Assembly (NCBI RefSeq): GCF_006345805.1
Contig: NC_043007.1
Location: forward strand, 10,106,001 to 10,170,000
Source: Octopus sinensis
Taxonomy: Eukaryota
Direction: 5' to 3'
Length of the DNA: 64,000 bases
The translations under genes and the position numbers were made by a program. The notes below the pieces were generated by a model. It ran no database searches and was not told the origin of the DNA. It was given only the letters and a program-made list of their open reading frames with translations. Shown here piece by piece: positions 48,549 through 61,872 of the stretch. The first letter of the stretch is position 1. Every line of letters begins with the position of its first letter.

Positions 48549-49423
48549 CTGAAGAGAGAGAGGTTAAAGCAAATACATTCATTAACTAAAATACAGACAA
48601 AAGAAAACATGGGAATGATCCAAACATAGAAAATGTTGTATTAGTGGGGGTCTATATTACTGGAGAAAGACTAAGATGTACTATTATTGGAAGTTTGGCA
48701 AATGAAATATAGAATAAAATTAGTGTAGTTTTGATTCTTTTCAGAACATACAGGCATGCTCTTTACGGTCATACTGGAACATAATTTAACATGAAATTCT
48801 AATGGAAAGCTTTAATTTAAATCATTTTAACCCTTTCATTATCATATTTTTGTTGAAATACACTGCCTTTGTTTCAGTTAAAAATAAAGAAGAATTTAGT
48901 AAGTCACTATTAAGCTAATTTAACAAAGGTCCAATGGAAATTTTAAAATTTAAATTACTTTAAAACAAGAATTTTAATTCAGTGTGAGGGAGAAAGTGCG
49001 GGAATGAGAGGGAAGGTGTGTCAATGGATAAAGTAGATTCTGAGAGAGAGAGAAAGCGAAAAATGTAATAACATTGTTTAGTGTATCTCTCTCTTTTTCT
49101 CAAAACTATATACACACCGTCTCTACAGCCAGTCAACATCCTTTGCTTGTCGACTGACTGTTGAGGCTGTTGTTTTTATTGTTTATATAGAGAGAGATAG
49201 AGTGTGAATTACTATTATTGTTATTACAACTATCATGGAAGTTTATTAAAGCGATAATCATTTTACAAGAATTTTCTATCAGAAGGTGAAAGGTAATCTC
49301 AGGCAGACTGATATCAAACGGGTTAAATCAGACACGAGTCACATTCATTGTTGACGAACACATTTAGTAAACATCTACAATTATAGAAAAGCTGTTAGTT
49401 AATAAATACTGAATTCTCTTTAC

Positions 49424-49739
49424 CTTCAATTTTCCACTGGCTTTCTTCATTCATTTCCACCAGGTGTTGTAAATGACTGATCAAAATCGTGTATTTGTGC
49501 AACACATCACGTACAAAAAAGTTTTGTTCTTTCTGGCTAATGGTGTAAAGCAGTAAGGCCCCTTCGTAAAGGACATATTCACAAGTGCAGTCCTCAACAT
49601 TTGGTTTCTCCTCGTTGCTATCTGTGCATTTGTTGCAAATCATCTCTCTCCCTTCAAGCTTTGCACTCTGTGCTTTCTTGCAATGACATTGGTGTTGCTC
49701 AAGGATGTGGTACAGAATGTGGACGCAGCATTTCACACA
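49424..49739 (-). CDS. ATRIP: ATRIP penultimate coding exon
   Basis: Acceptor tttctattcccag, donor GAAG|gtaaag; 316 nt. ALLLYTISQKEQNF..DVLHKY resembles vertebrate ATRIP VLLLHGLSQKDKLF..EVLHQF (from memory). Confidence 0.8.
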
Positions 49740-49847
49740 CTGGGAATAGAAAGAGCAGTTGAATGGTAAGGAATGGACATGTAATTACTGAGATTTCCAC
49801 CTGCCCCTGTATGTATGCGAGCATCTATTAATGTACTCTTTTTTTTT

Positions 49848-50227
49848 TTTTACTTGTTTCAGTCATTTGACTGCGGCCATGCTGGAGCACTGCCTTTAAT
49901 CGAGCAACTCGGCCCCAGGACTTATTCTTTTGTAAGCCCAGTACTTATCCTATCGGTCTCTTTTGCCGAACCGCTAAGTAACGGGGACATAAACACACCA
50001 GCATCGGTTGTCAAGCAATGCTAGGGGGACAAACACAGACACACAAACGCAATATATATATATACATATATACGACGGGCTTCTTTCAGTTTCCGTCTAC
50101 CAAATCCACTCACAAGGCTTTGGTCGGCCCGAGGCTATAGTAGGAGACACTTGCCCAAGGTGCCACGCAGTGGGACTGAACCTGGAACCATGTGGTTGGT
50201 AAACAAGCTACTTACCACACAGCCACT
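49848..50227 (-). mobile_element. SINE family A
   Basis: Reverse-complement copy. Confidence 0.85.
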
Positions 50228-50770
50228 TAATATATGTTAATACGTAGGTGCAGGTATGGCTGTGAGGTAAGAAGTTTGTTTTCTCAATCACATGGTTCTG
50301 GGTTCAGTCCTGCTGCATGGAATCTACAGTCTTGGGCTGACCAGAGCCTTATGAGTGGATTTGGTGTCTGTGTGTGTCACCTTGTCCTGACATGGTGTAA
50401 TAGATGTGAATGGGTATCATACAAGCAATGTCATTCATTTCCAATTATCTGTAAGAACATGCCTGGCCATGGGCGAAATATTACCTTGCATGGAAACAGT
50501 TTAAATAATCCTTTTTACTACAGGCACAAGGCCTAGATTTTGTCGGGGAGGGGGACAGTCAATCACATCGAACCCCAGTAATGAATTGGTATTTAATTTA
50601 TCAACCCTGAAAGAATGAAAGGCAAAGTCAACCTTGACGGAATTTGATCTCAGAATGTAGTGACAAGTGAAGTGTGGCTAAGCATTCTGCCCGGTATGCT
50701 AACAACTCTGCCAGCTCACTGCTTTCAGCCAGTTTAAATAATGATGATGATGAATACTTTAATACACACC

Positions 50771-51046
50771 TCAAGACATCCTAAATACTATGAGTGTTTA
50801 AACACATAGTATACACCTAGGGGCAAAGTGGGGAGTGATCAACTATCATAGGGGATACAATCCCTTCTAAATTACGTTCAGTTGACACAAGTTTGAAAGT
50901 TAAGTCAAAGAGTAAAAGAGAGAGAAAAAAAGCAGACCTCATTAGTGCTGGTGCCACATAAAAAGCACCCAGTCAAATCTGTAAAGTGGTTGGTATTAGG
51001 GAGGGCATCCAGCTGTAAAAACCATACCAATATAAACAGTGGAGCT
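50771..51046 (+). repeat. ~275-bp direct repeat, second copy at 55151-55425
   Basis: Near-identical blocks tactatgagtgtttaaacacatag...aaacagtggagct, about 4.4 kb apart. Confidence 0.9.
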
Positions 51047-51620
51047 GGCAGAAACGTTAGCATGCTGGGCGAAATGCTTATCGGTATTTCGTCTGCCGCT
51101 ACGTTCTGAGTTCAAATTCCGCCGAGGTTGACTTGCCTTTCATCTTTTCGGGGTTGATTAAATAAGGACCAGTTACGCACTGAAGTCGATATAATCGACT
51201 TAATCCATTTGTCCTCTCTGTGTTTAGCCCCTTGTAGGTAGTAAAGAAATAGGTATTTCATCTGCCGTTACGTTCTGAGTTCAAATTCCGCCAAGGTTGA
51301 CTTGCCTTTCATCTTTTCGGGGTTGATAAATTAAGTACCAGTTATGCACTGGGGTCATAATCGACTTAATCCCTTTGTTTGTCTCCTCTATGTTTAGCCT
51401 CTTGTGGGTAAAAAAGAAATAAGAAGCTGTCCAACCCATGCCTGCAGGGAAGACAGATGTTACTATATTGTCTGATGTCTCCTTCCATTATTAAGGCGTT
51501 AAGATGTGATTTGATGGAGATTTAGTAGTTGTTTCTAGCAAGTTGTGCAACCACTTAGTGGTTCCCTTCTTGACATTTTGAGTAATAAGACCACAAAAGA
51601 AGAAAAAAAACCTATCTTAC

Positions 51621-51707
51621 CTCCATGTTACATGGACATTGAGATTCAACAAGACAAGATGCACCCAATGGCTGTTGTGAACACAATGTAGTTAAAATTT
51701 CTATCAC
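51621..51707 (-). CDS. ATRIP: ATRIP coding exon
   Basis: Acceptor tttcttctgcag, donor GAG|gtaaga; 87 nt. VIEILTTLCSQQPLGASCLVESQCPCNME matches the ATRIP C.CN.E motif. Confidence 0.82.
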
Positions 51708-54636
51708 CTGCAGAAGAAAGGAAAAAAAAATACACACATATAGGCACAGGTATGATTGTGTAATTAAGAAGCTTACTTTGCAGTCATGCAATTTTGGGTT
51801 CAGTCCCACTGCACAGAACTCTGGGCAAATGTCTTCTACTATAGCACTGGGTCAACTATTGCCTTACCAGTGGATTGGGTAGATGGAAACTGTGTGGAAG
51901 CCCCTTGTGTATGTATGAATGCATGTTTTTGCACATAGTTTAGTGGTTAGGGAGGGCATTTGAATCAAGGCCTGAGTTTGACTCCTGGCTGTGCACTGTG
52001 TTCTTGAGCAAGACACTTACTTCACATTGCTCAACTCCACTCAGCTGGCAAAAATGAGTTGTACTCGTAATTCAAAGGACCAGCTTTGTAACATTCTGTG
52101 TCAAGCTGAATCTCCCTGAGAACTACATTAAGGGTATGTGTGACCGTGGAGTGCTCAGCCACTTGCACATCAATTTTAATGAGCAGGCTGTTCTGTTGAC
52201 TGGATCAACTGGAACACTCAATTGTCATAACCAGTGGAGAGCCAGGCCCCCTACCACCACTTGACAACCAGAGTAGGTTTGTTCACATCCCTGTAATTTG
52301 GCAGTTCAGCAAAAGAGACCAACGGAATAAATACAAGACTTAAAACTTTAAAAAAAAAAATTCCAATATTGACCAGTTCAGCTAAACCCTTAAAAGGCAG
52401 TGCCCCAGCATGGCCACAGTCCAATTACTGAAACAAGTTAGAAGATAAAGATTCATTAAGAATGGGTTAAGGTATCACAATCTGCCTCTAATGTTAAGAA
52501 AATTCTTCAGGGGTCGGGAATCTTCTTAACTTCAAGAGTACAAGATGAGGGAAGAGAGGTGCATCTGTGCAGAGAAGGAACAATAAAACATGAATTTACA
52601 AATTCATAGGTCATGATTACACTGTGGACGACGACGACGACCACCACCATCATCGTTTAACGTCTGCTTTCCATGCTAGCACGAGTTGGACGGTTCAACT
52701 GGGGTCTGGGAAGCCAGGAGGCTGCACCAGGCCCAGTCTGATCTGGCAGTGTTTCTACAGCTGGATGCCCTTCCTAACGCCAACCATTACATGAGTGTAG
52801 TGGGTGCTTTTTACGTGCCACCGGCACAGGTACCAGGGGAGGGTGGCAACGGCCACGATTGGATGGTACTTTTTACGTGCCACCGGCACGGAGGCCATCG
52901 GGGTGGCGCTGGCAACGGCCACGTTCGGATGGTTCTCTTACGTGCCACATTAATTAAAATGCTATGATGCAATGATTAGCCAGGTAATAGGTGTAGATGT
53001 AACTGTGTGGATGAGAAGGATGCTTCCAAATCATGTGGTCTCATGTTTAGTCCTACTGTGCAGCACCTTGAGCAAATGTCTTCTGCTCTATCCTTGGACT
53101 GACCAAAACTTTGTGGGTGGATTTGGTAGACAGAAACTAAAAGCATCCCATCATGCATCTGTGTGTGTGTGTGGGAGAGAGAAAGAGAGAGAGGAGGGCT
53201 GTTTCTACAGCTGGATGCCCTTCCTAACGCCAACCACTCCGTGAGTGTAGTGGGTGCTTTTTACGTGCCAGGCAAGGCTGGCAACGGTCACGATCGGATT
53301 GGTGCTTTTACGTGCCACCGGCACGGAAGTCAGTCAAGGCAACGCTGGCATCGACCACGTTCGGATGGTGCTTTTTACGTGCCACCGGCACAGGGATCGC
53401 AACTGCAGTTTCCATTGATTTTTGATGTTGGTATACTCGACTCAATGGATCTCCTCAAGCACAGGGTTGAAACGGCGTTTCTTTACTTGCCACTTGCACA
53501 GGAGTCAGTCCAGCGGCACTGGCAACTGCCTTGTTTTAACACTACATGGAATATGCATTTCATGAATATAAATGAATCCATCATTCATCATCATTGTTGT
53601 TTAACATCCGTTTTCCGTGCTGGCTAGGGTTGGACGGCCTGACAGGAGTTGGTAAGCTGGAGAGATGCAGCAGGCCCAAATTGTCAGTTTTGGCATTATT
53701 TCTATGGCTGGATGCCCTTCCTAATGCCAACTTTATAGTGTGTACCAGGTGCTTTTTACATAGCATCCAGAGGTGCTTCTGGAATTTCAGTTTGTATGGA
53801 TAGATTTTTCTTTAAGATAAACCATCTGCAGATATACACTCTGTTAGCTGGTATTCCCAGGATTGCTGACTGAAAATCAAGCTTGGATTTTTTAATCACC
53901 TTTTATCTGAAATATATGTATATGTGCTTGAGGAGACCTATTGAGTCAAGTACATCAACATCAAAAAATCAAATGGAAATTGTAGTTGTGATACCTGTGC
54001 CGGTGGCACGTAAAAAGCACCATCCGAACGTGGCCAATGCCAGCGCCGCCTTGACTGGCTTCCATTTTGCTGGCACGTATAAAGCACCAACCGATCATGG
54101 CCGTTACCAGCCTCGCCTGGCACCTGTGCCGGTGGCATGTAAAAAGCACCCACTACACTCACGGAGGGGTTGGCGTTAGGGAGGGCATCCAGCTGTAGAA
54201 ACACTGCCCGATCAGACTGGAGCCTGGTGCAGTCTCCTGGCTTCCCAGACCCCGGTTGAACCGTCCAACCCATGCTAGCATGGAAAACGGACATTAAACG
54301 ATGATGATGATGATGTATGTATTTATGTGTGTGTACTCTTGTCTACACATCATGTGATGGTTATAAATGAGACTCATCATTATACAAGCAATATCTTTTT
54401 CCAGTGTTCCAAGGAAAACATGTTTAGCCATGAGAAATATTAACTTATTTTGAAACAGGTGAAGGATGATGATACAAAGGGCATCCAACCATAGAAAATC
54501 TGCCTCAAAGAATTTCATCTGACTCATGCAAGCATGGAAAAGTGGATGTTAAATGATGAAAATGAAGATGATGTAATCATGGTGCTTGAAATAGCCTTAG
54601 GGATGCAATTATATTTAATTACTGTCTCGGTCTTAA

Positions 54637-54857
54637 CCCTTTCGTGACCAACATGGCTGAAACCAGCTCTGGCTCTGAGTACAAATGCCTTGTTTTCATA
54701 AGTTTTGAATCAAAATTTTCCACCAAACCTTAGTCACAATTTATGTTCCTAACACTAGCTTAATGATAACTAAGTTATTTTACAAAATTCTTTGTTATAT
54801 TTAAAGTAATTGAAAGAAACACTGAGCATCTTGACAGAAATATGGTAAACAAAGGGG
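54637..54857. mobile_element. piggyBac-like MITE (same family as 22250-22459)
   Basis: TTAA|ccctttcg...aaagggg|TTAA; internal sequence shared with the 22250 copy. Confidence 0.75.
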
Positions 54858-55638
54858 TTAAGGAGTAAATTATTTTCTCAAATGGGCTTTTAGATAATGT
54901 TAACTGGGATCAGTTTCAAATTTTAATATTGATGAGGAGTGCAGCATTCTTGCTTTACATGGTCACTAAACATGCTAGAAATAGCAGTGAAACTATGAGT
55001 CAGGGAAGTCACTTGATCTGCAAGAAATAACAGAACAACAGCACACATGACCAGCTGTATCCATTTCACCTGTCTCCTCTTACTCCTAAATAATAATTAA
55101 AAAGAAAAATCAATATTGCTGCCACTGCGATCATCTTTTTCATCACCATCTCAAAACATCATAATACTATGAGTGTTTAAACACATAGTATACCCCTAGG
55201 GGCAAAGTGGAGAGTGATCAACTATCACAGGGGATACAATCCCTTCTAAATTACGTTCAGTTGACACAAGTTTGAAAGTTAAGTCAAAGAGTAAAAGAGA
55301 GAGAAAAAAAGCAGACCTCATTAGTGCTGGTGTCACATAAAAAGCACCCAGTCCACTCTGTAAAGTGGTTGGCATTAGGGAGGGCACCCAGCTGTAAAAA
55401 CCATACCAATATAAACAGTGGAGCTTTTGATCTATAGCAGGGTTGGGTAGGTCATTCTATGGCAGGATGCTCTTCCAGATGTCAACTCTTATAGTTATAT
55501 TTTATGACACAAAGGTAAAAAAAAAGGGGAAACCAATTAGGAGACAAGATAGAAGAACCAAACATAAAACAAAACAAAAATAAGGGAAACCTATTTTGAA
55601 TATGCAAGGAGCATTTGTAAAACCAGGTATGAACTCAC

Positions 55639-55730
55639 AGTATGGTACAGCTGCATAGGAACCTTACATTCGGCTGAATCTCTCAATAGTTGGTAACTCA
55701 TGTTGTATATGGTTGCTAGGAGGCATTCAC
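55639..55730 (-). CDS. ATRIP: ATRIP coding exon
   Basis: Acceptor ttctgtttccag, donor ACT|gtgagt; 92 nt, phase 1 to phase 0. Encodes (G)ECLLATIYNMSYQLLRDSAECKVPMQLYHT. Confidence 0.8.
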
Positions 55731-56659
55731 CTGGAAACAGAAAAGTCATATAGAGTCAAGTCAGCCATTGTCAGAATCAGTCAGTCAGTCAGCTGCCGCC
55801 ACTGTCCATTTTCCATGTTTGCATGGGTTGGACAAAGTTCACTGAAGCAGATTTTCTGTGGCGGGAACCCTTCCTGTCACCAACCTCTACCTGTTTCCAG
55901 GCAAAGTAATATGTTCCCTATGGTCAGATAAATTTCTGCTGAATAAACCACTCAGTCCACTCCGTCGGGTGGTTGGTGTTAGTAAGGGCAACCAGCCATA
56001 AAAACCATGCTAAAACAGACACTGAAGCTGGGTGCAATCTTCTACCTGGCCAGCTCATGTCAAACTGGTCAACCCATGCCAGCACGGAAAGCAGATGTTA
56101 AATGATGATGAATAAACACTGCTTGTATGACTGACAATAAGGCCCCAAATTTATGGGGAAGGTGGGTCAGTTGATTAGATCGATCCCAATACGCAACTGG
56201 TACTTAATTTATCAAGGATGAAAGGCAAAGTTGACCTCAGCGGAATTTGAACTCGGAACGTAAAGATAGACGAAATACCACTAAGCATTTCGCCTGGTAT
56301 GCTAACGTTTCTGCCAGCTCACCGCCTGAAGTATTTACACAGAGTCAGGACAAGGAAACACATATACATGCACACACACAAACATGATGGGCTTCTTTCA
56401 ATTTCCATCAACCAAATCCATTCACAAGGCTTTGGTTGGCCCAGGACTGTATAATAGAAGACCTTGCTCAAAAGTGCCGTGCTGTGTGACTGAACCCAAG
56501 ACCACATGGTTAGGAAGCAAGCCTCTTGCCCACACAGACACGTTTGCATCTCCACCCAATACAAACAGGGAAGATGCCATGGTCATGTGGTTAAATAACA
56601 ATAAAAAAGGGAAAGGATGACGACAAGGGACAAAAAAACAAATAAACAAACAAACATAC

Positions 56660-56808
56660 CGGTATTGCTGTTGGAGCACACTTGACTGATAATCTGTTGT
56701 GAATGACAGAGGTTGAGGAAAAGTTGCAATCCAGCTAGTTGTACCTCAAAGCATTGTTCATAGACCAAACAGTTTTTAATTATCCCACTGGAAACAGCCG
56801 GAAGAAAC
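56660..56808 (-). CDS. ATRIP: ATRIP coding exon (most upstream one found in the window)
   Basis: Acceptor ttgctttctcag, donor ACCG|gtatgt; 149 nt. Encodes FLPAVSSGIIKNCL..LQLFLNLCHSQQIISQVCSNSNT. All five exons splice in frame (about 242 aa of C-terminus). Confidence 0.8.
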
Positions 56809-56866
56809 CTGAGAAAGCAAGTAACCAAATATAGAAAAATGAAAAGTACACACACACACACATATA

Positions 56867-57263
56867 TCTTTATATATAAAAGTAAGGTTGTGTGCTGTCT
56901 GTCTCCTACGATTTAGATTCCTAACTACTCCCACATTTTGCGGTGCAGTTTAACCAAAACCAGGTATCTTATAGTCGTGATTCATATCGAGCCCTTCTGG
57001 GTATTAGCGCGCGTCTACGATGAGTCTACGATTTAAAAAAAAAATTTACCATCAATTTTTCCCATTTTTAATGCATTTTTGTCATATATAAGGGAAGTAA
57101 CTCTCTAAAAATTTATTATTAAATCTCAGAACGTAAAAAGCTACAGTAACACCCTCCCTTTGTGGTTAGCCATATTGAGATGGCTATTATACTTTACATC
57201 TCTAAAAATGCTTATATAGTTATTTCCCTTACAAACCCGAGCAACGCCGGGCGAAACTGCTAG
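56867..57263 (+). mobile_element. Non-autonomous Helitron, same family
   Basis: Nearly identical to 9509-9905; TC and CTAG termini, A|T site. Confidence 0.88.
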
Positions 57264-57274
57264 TATATATATAT

Positions 57275-57560
57275 AGGGCTGAGGACTTGATGGGGATGCT
57301 GGGGTTGGAGGAATCGGTGGAACAGCTAACATGGGTGAAAGGAGTGTGGTGGTATGGACATGTGTTGGAGAGGGATGAGGATCATGTTCTGAGGAGAGTG
57401 CTTGAATTTAGAGTGAATGAACTGCAAAAGCGAGGTCGGTCAAAGAAAACACGGAGGGTTGGCTTGAGGAGGGAGGATGCCCCAAACTGTGTGAGATGGT
57501 GTGAGAGCAGTTGCTGTAGGAGTGAGGTAGATCCGGCCACCCCCATTAACAGGGATGAAC
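57275..57560 (+). mobile_element. Degenerate RTE-type LINE 3' fragment
   Basis: Encodes WWYGHVLERDEDHVLRRVLEF.V...KRGRSKKT. Confidence 0.7.
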
Positions 57561-57599
57561 CCAGATTCAAAATATTGGACAAGAAGATATACTCTTTCT

Positions 57600-58006
57600 T
57601 TTTACTCTTTTACTTGTTTCAGTCATTTGACTGCGGCCATGCTGGAGCACCACCTTTAGTCGAGCAAATCGACCCCGGGACTTATTCTTTGTAAGCCCAA
57701 TACTCATTCTATTGGTCTCTTTTGCCGAACCGCTAAGTTACGGGGACGTAAACACACCAGCATTGGTTGTCAAGCAATGCTAGGGAGACAAACACAGACA
57801 CACAAACATATACACACACACTTATATATATATGCATATATACGACAGGCTTCTTTCGGTTTCCGTGTACCAAATCCACTCACAAGGCATTGGTTGGCCT
57901 GGGGCTATAGCAGAAGACACTTGCCCAAGATGCCACGCAGTGGGACTGAACCCGGAACCATGTGGTTGGTTAGCAAGCTACATACCACACAGCCACTCCT
58001 GCGCCT
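57600..58006 (-). mobile_element. SINE family A
   Basis: Reverse-complement copy. Confidence 0.85.
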
Positions 58007-59814
58007 ATGTTTCTTTATTAGCCATTAGCCACACAGGGCTGAACACAGAGGGGACAAATTACAAAGTAGAGCTTTTCTTTTTGGGAAGAAAAAAATAAAA
58101 AAATAAAAGGGGAGTAGGTTTTCGATCAAAAGGGATCGTAAAAAAGAAAGAAAAAAAAGAACGATGAATAGGGATCGTGTATCACAGAAATGTCATGATG
58201 TAAAGTGAAAAGGGGGAAGCAGGTAAGGTTTATCCCTGGAAAGAAAAGCCTACGGAAAAGATCACGGTAACCTCGGTCAATAATGTCACATGTTAACACA
58301 TTTATTTGCAAGTAAGTAACTCTCTGTTTTAAGTTTAGCCGGGTTCATAGGATTATGCTCAAGGTGGCTTCATCATTCATACGTGCCATCCTTGCTACAT
58401 TCACCCATCTTTTTTTGAAAGATTCACTAGACAATACATACATACATATATACATAGAAGTGTAAAAGTGTTGCATGCAAAAATGACAAAGGAATACACA
58501 GAAAACAGGAAAAAAAACACAAGATCTGGACATGCTCATCAGTCATCAACTAAAAATCATCAGAATCTCGCATAATTATCAATGAGATTGTTTATTTTGG
58601 TGGTGTCAGCACAAAAATACACACACACACATGTATATATGCTTCAAGATCCACTGTTCAGAAAAATAATTATTTTATGTGCTCCTCCTCCTCCTCACCA
58701 TCATCATCGTTAAACATCCGTTTTCCATGCTAGCATGGGATGGATGGTTCGACCGGGGTCTGGGAGGCCAGGAGGCTGCACCAGGCTCCAGTCTGATCTG
58801 GCAGTGTTTCTACAGCTTGATGCCCTTCCTAATGCCAACCACTCCTTGAGTGTAGTGCGTGCTTTTTACGTGCCACCGGCACAGGGGCCAGGAGAGGCTG
58901 GCAAACGGCCACGATTGGTTGGTGCTTTTATGTGTCACCGACACGGACGCCAGTCAGGCGTTGCTGGCATCTGCCACATTCGGATGGTGCTTTTTAAGTG
59001 TCACCAGCATGGGTATCTTTACAATTTCAATTCCTCATGTTTTTATAAATTCTTAGGAACTCAACAACATACAACTGTCACTGTTAAGAATAAGGTTTCA
59101 AAAATGGAAAGCAAAATTTGAAGGATTGCTTTGGTTCAATGATAGAACACCTGTTATGTTTACAGGAGAAGTAGGTTCGAGTCACACAGGGAACAAATAA
59201 CTTTTTCAATTCATAGGATTTTGAAAAAATTCAATATTCTACATGCTATTTTTTATAGCTTTATTTACTTCAAGATCCTCTGTTCCTCAAAATTGTGTGT
59301 GCGTGTGTGTGTGTAATTACAGTTTTTAAGTTTTTTTTTGCAGTTCAGCTTTAAGCCCATGTGAATATATTATTATTTTCTTCACATACAGAAAAATAAA
59401 GGAGATTATCCTGACATATTTCATGGTTAGTTGATCTTGAAGATTGTGTGTGTGTATATCTTTTCTACTCTAGGCACAAGGCCTGAAATTTTGGGAGAGG
59501 GGGACAATCGATTAGATCGACCTCAGTACACAACTGGTACTTAATTTCTTGACCCCGAAAGGATGAAAGGTAAAATCGACCTCGGTGTGTGTATATACAT
59601 ACATATATGTGTCACCCATGCTAGCATGGAAGGTGGATGTTAAATGACGATGATGATAATATATATATACACATACACATATTATATTTACACACAAACA
59701 CATACAGTTAGATGCTATGCATGATGTCCAACTCTTATTCCACAGATCAAGTGTACCTATTCTAAAACCAGAGACACGCAAAGGAAATCCACAGATCCAT
59801 AAATTAATCTGAGC

Positions 59815-60300
59815 ACTGTGGTAAGTAGCTTGTTTACCAACCACATGGTTCCGGGTTCAGTCCCACTGAGTGGCATCTTGGGCAAGTGTCTTCTACTATA
59901 GCCTCGGGCTGACCAAAGCCTTGTGAGTGGATTTGGTAGACGGAAACTGAAAGAAGCCCGTCGTATATATGTACATATATATATATAACCCATGCTAGCA
60001 TGGAAAACGGACGCTAAACAATGATGATGATGATGATGATGATGATGTGTGTGTTTGTGTGTCTGTGTTTGTCCCCCTAGCATTGCTTGACAACCGATGC
60101 TGGTGTGTTTATGCCTCCACTACTTAGCGGTTCGGCAAAAGAGACCGATAGAATAAGTACTGGGCTTACAAAAGAATAAGTCCCGGGGTTGAGTTGCTCG
60201 ATTAAAGGGGGTGCTCCAGCATGGCCGCACTCAGATGACTGAAACAAGTAAAAGAGTAAAGAGTAAAAGAGTATACCTGGTGATTTTACTGTCAGGTCAA

Positions 60301-60333
<33 letters not shown>

Positions 60334-61735
60334 AACACTATCTGCCAGAAAATACTTCAGGTGCCCAGTGTATTTCAGACAAAAAACATCTGAGTATTTT
60401 ATATACTGACCATTTATACATATATTAGTATGTAAATATAGGTGCGTGCGTGGCTGTGTGGTAAGTAGCTTGCTTACCAACCACAAGGTTCCCGGTTCAG
60501 TCCCACTGTGTGGCATCTTAGAGGCAAGTGTCTTCTACTATAGCCCCAGGCCAGCCAAAACCTTGTGAGTGGATTTGGTAGACGGAAACTGAAAGAAGCC
60601 CATTGTATATATATGTATGTGTGTCTGTGTTTGTCCCCCAACATCACTTGACAACCGATGCTGGTGTGTTTACACCCCCGTAACTTAGCAGTTCAGCAAA
60701 AGAGACCGATAGATTAAGTACTAGGCTTACAAAGAATAAGTCCTGGGGTCGATTTGCTCAACCGAAGGTGGTGCTCCTGCATGGCCGCAGTCAAATGACT
60801 GAAACAAATAAAAGAATATATATCGCAGGAGTGGCTGTGTGGTAAGTAGCTTGCTAACCAACCACATGGTTCCGGGTTCAGTCACACTGCGTGGCATCTT
60901 GGGCAAGTGTCTTCTGCTATAGCCCCGGGCCGACCAATGCCTTGTGAGTGGATTTGGTAGACGGAAACTGAAAGAAGCCTGTCATATATATGTATATATA
61001 TATAAGTGTGTGTGTATATGTTTGTGTGTCTGTGTCTGTGTTTGTCCCCCTAGCATTGCTTGACAACCGATGCTGGTGTGTTTACGTCCCTGTCAATTAG
61101 CGGTTCGGCAAAAGAGACCGATAGAATAAGTACTGGGCTTACAAAGAATAAGTCCCGGGGTCGATATGCTCGACTAAAGGCGGTGCTCCAGCATGGCCGC
61201 AGTCAAATGACTGAAACAAGTAAAAGAGTAAAAGAGTATATATTTACACACACTCTTGGAGTGGTTGGTATCAGGAAGGTTGGTTTGTAGAAACCATGTC
61301 AGATCAGACTGGAACCTGGTGCAGTTCCTCAGCTTACCAGTTTTCAGTCAAACTGTCCAATCTATGCCAGCATTGAAAACAGATGTTAAATGATGATGAT
61401 TATGATGATTAGTGTGCATAGGAGTGGCTGTGTGGTAAGTAGCTTGCTAACCAACCATATGGTTCCGGGTTCAGTCCCACTGCGTGGCATCTTGGGCACG
61501 TGTCTTCTGCTATAGCCCAGGGCCGACCAATGCCTTGTGAGTGGATTTGGTAGATGGAAACTGAAAGAAGCCTGTCGTATATATATATGTGTGTTTGTCC
61601 CCCTAGCAAAAGAGACCGATAGAATAAGTACTGGGCTTACAAAGAATAAGTCCCGGGGTCGATTTGCTCGACTAAAGGCGGTGCTCCAGCATGGCTGCAG
61701 TCAAATGACTGAAACAAGTAAAAGAGTAAAAGAGT
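59815..61735 (+). mobile_element. Cluster of four same-orientation SINE family A copies with family B fragments between or inside them
   Basis: Copies at about 59815-60270, 60420-60817, 60824-61237 and 61416-61735. Confidence 0.8.
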
Positions 61736-61825
61736 ATATTTATACTATTACAATTATATATACTCATACAGTTCTATATTTAAGAGATGAGGAGTTATGT
61801 ACATTATCCTCATCTTGTTCGTTTT

Positions 61826-61872
61826 CAACGCGTTTCGGCTGATAAACCCTCCAGCCTTCATCAGGTGTTTTG
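61826..61872 (-). ncRNA. Minimal hammerhead ribozyme core in the Penelope pseudo-LTR
   Basis: CUGAUGA (61864-61858), A, stem II GGCUG/CAGCC with a 10-nt loop, then GAAAC (61836-61832). Stem I/III pairing in this copy is poor. Confidence 0.55.

Noticed and set aside
59070-59150. Hydrophobic stretch ILQILLSIFETLFL on the minus strand as a possible ATRIP exon
   Set aside because: Weak acceptor, and the donor phase does not match the phase-2 junction required at 56808.
10161-61842. Dozens of 60-180 aa ORFs such as MLGGQTQTHKH..., MFLQLDALPNANHS... and MGWTVQ...
   Set aside because: Recurrent translations of SINE families A-D, not genes.
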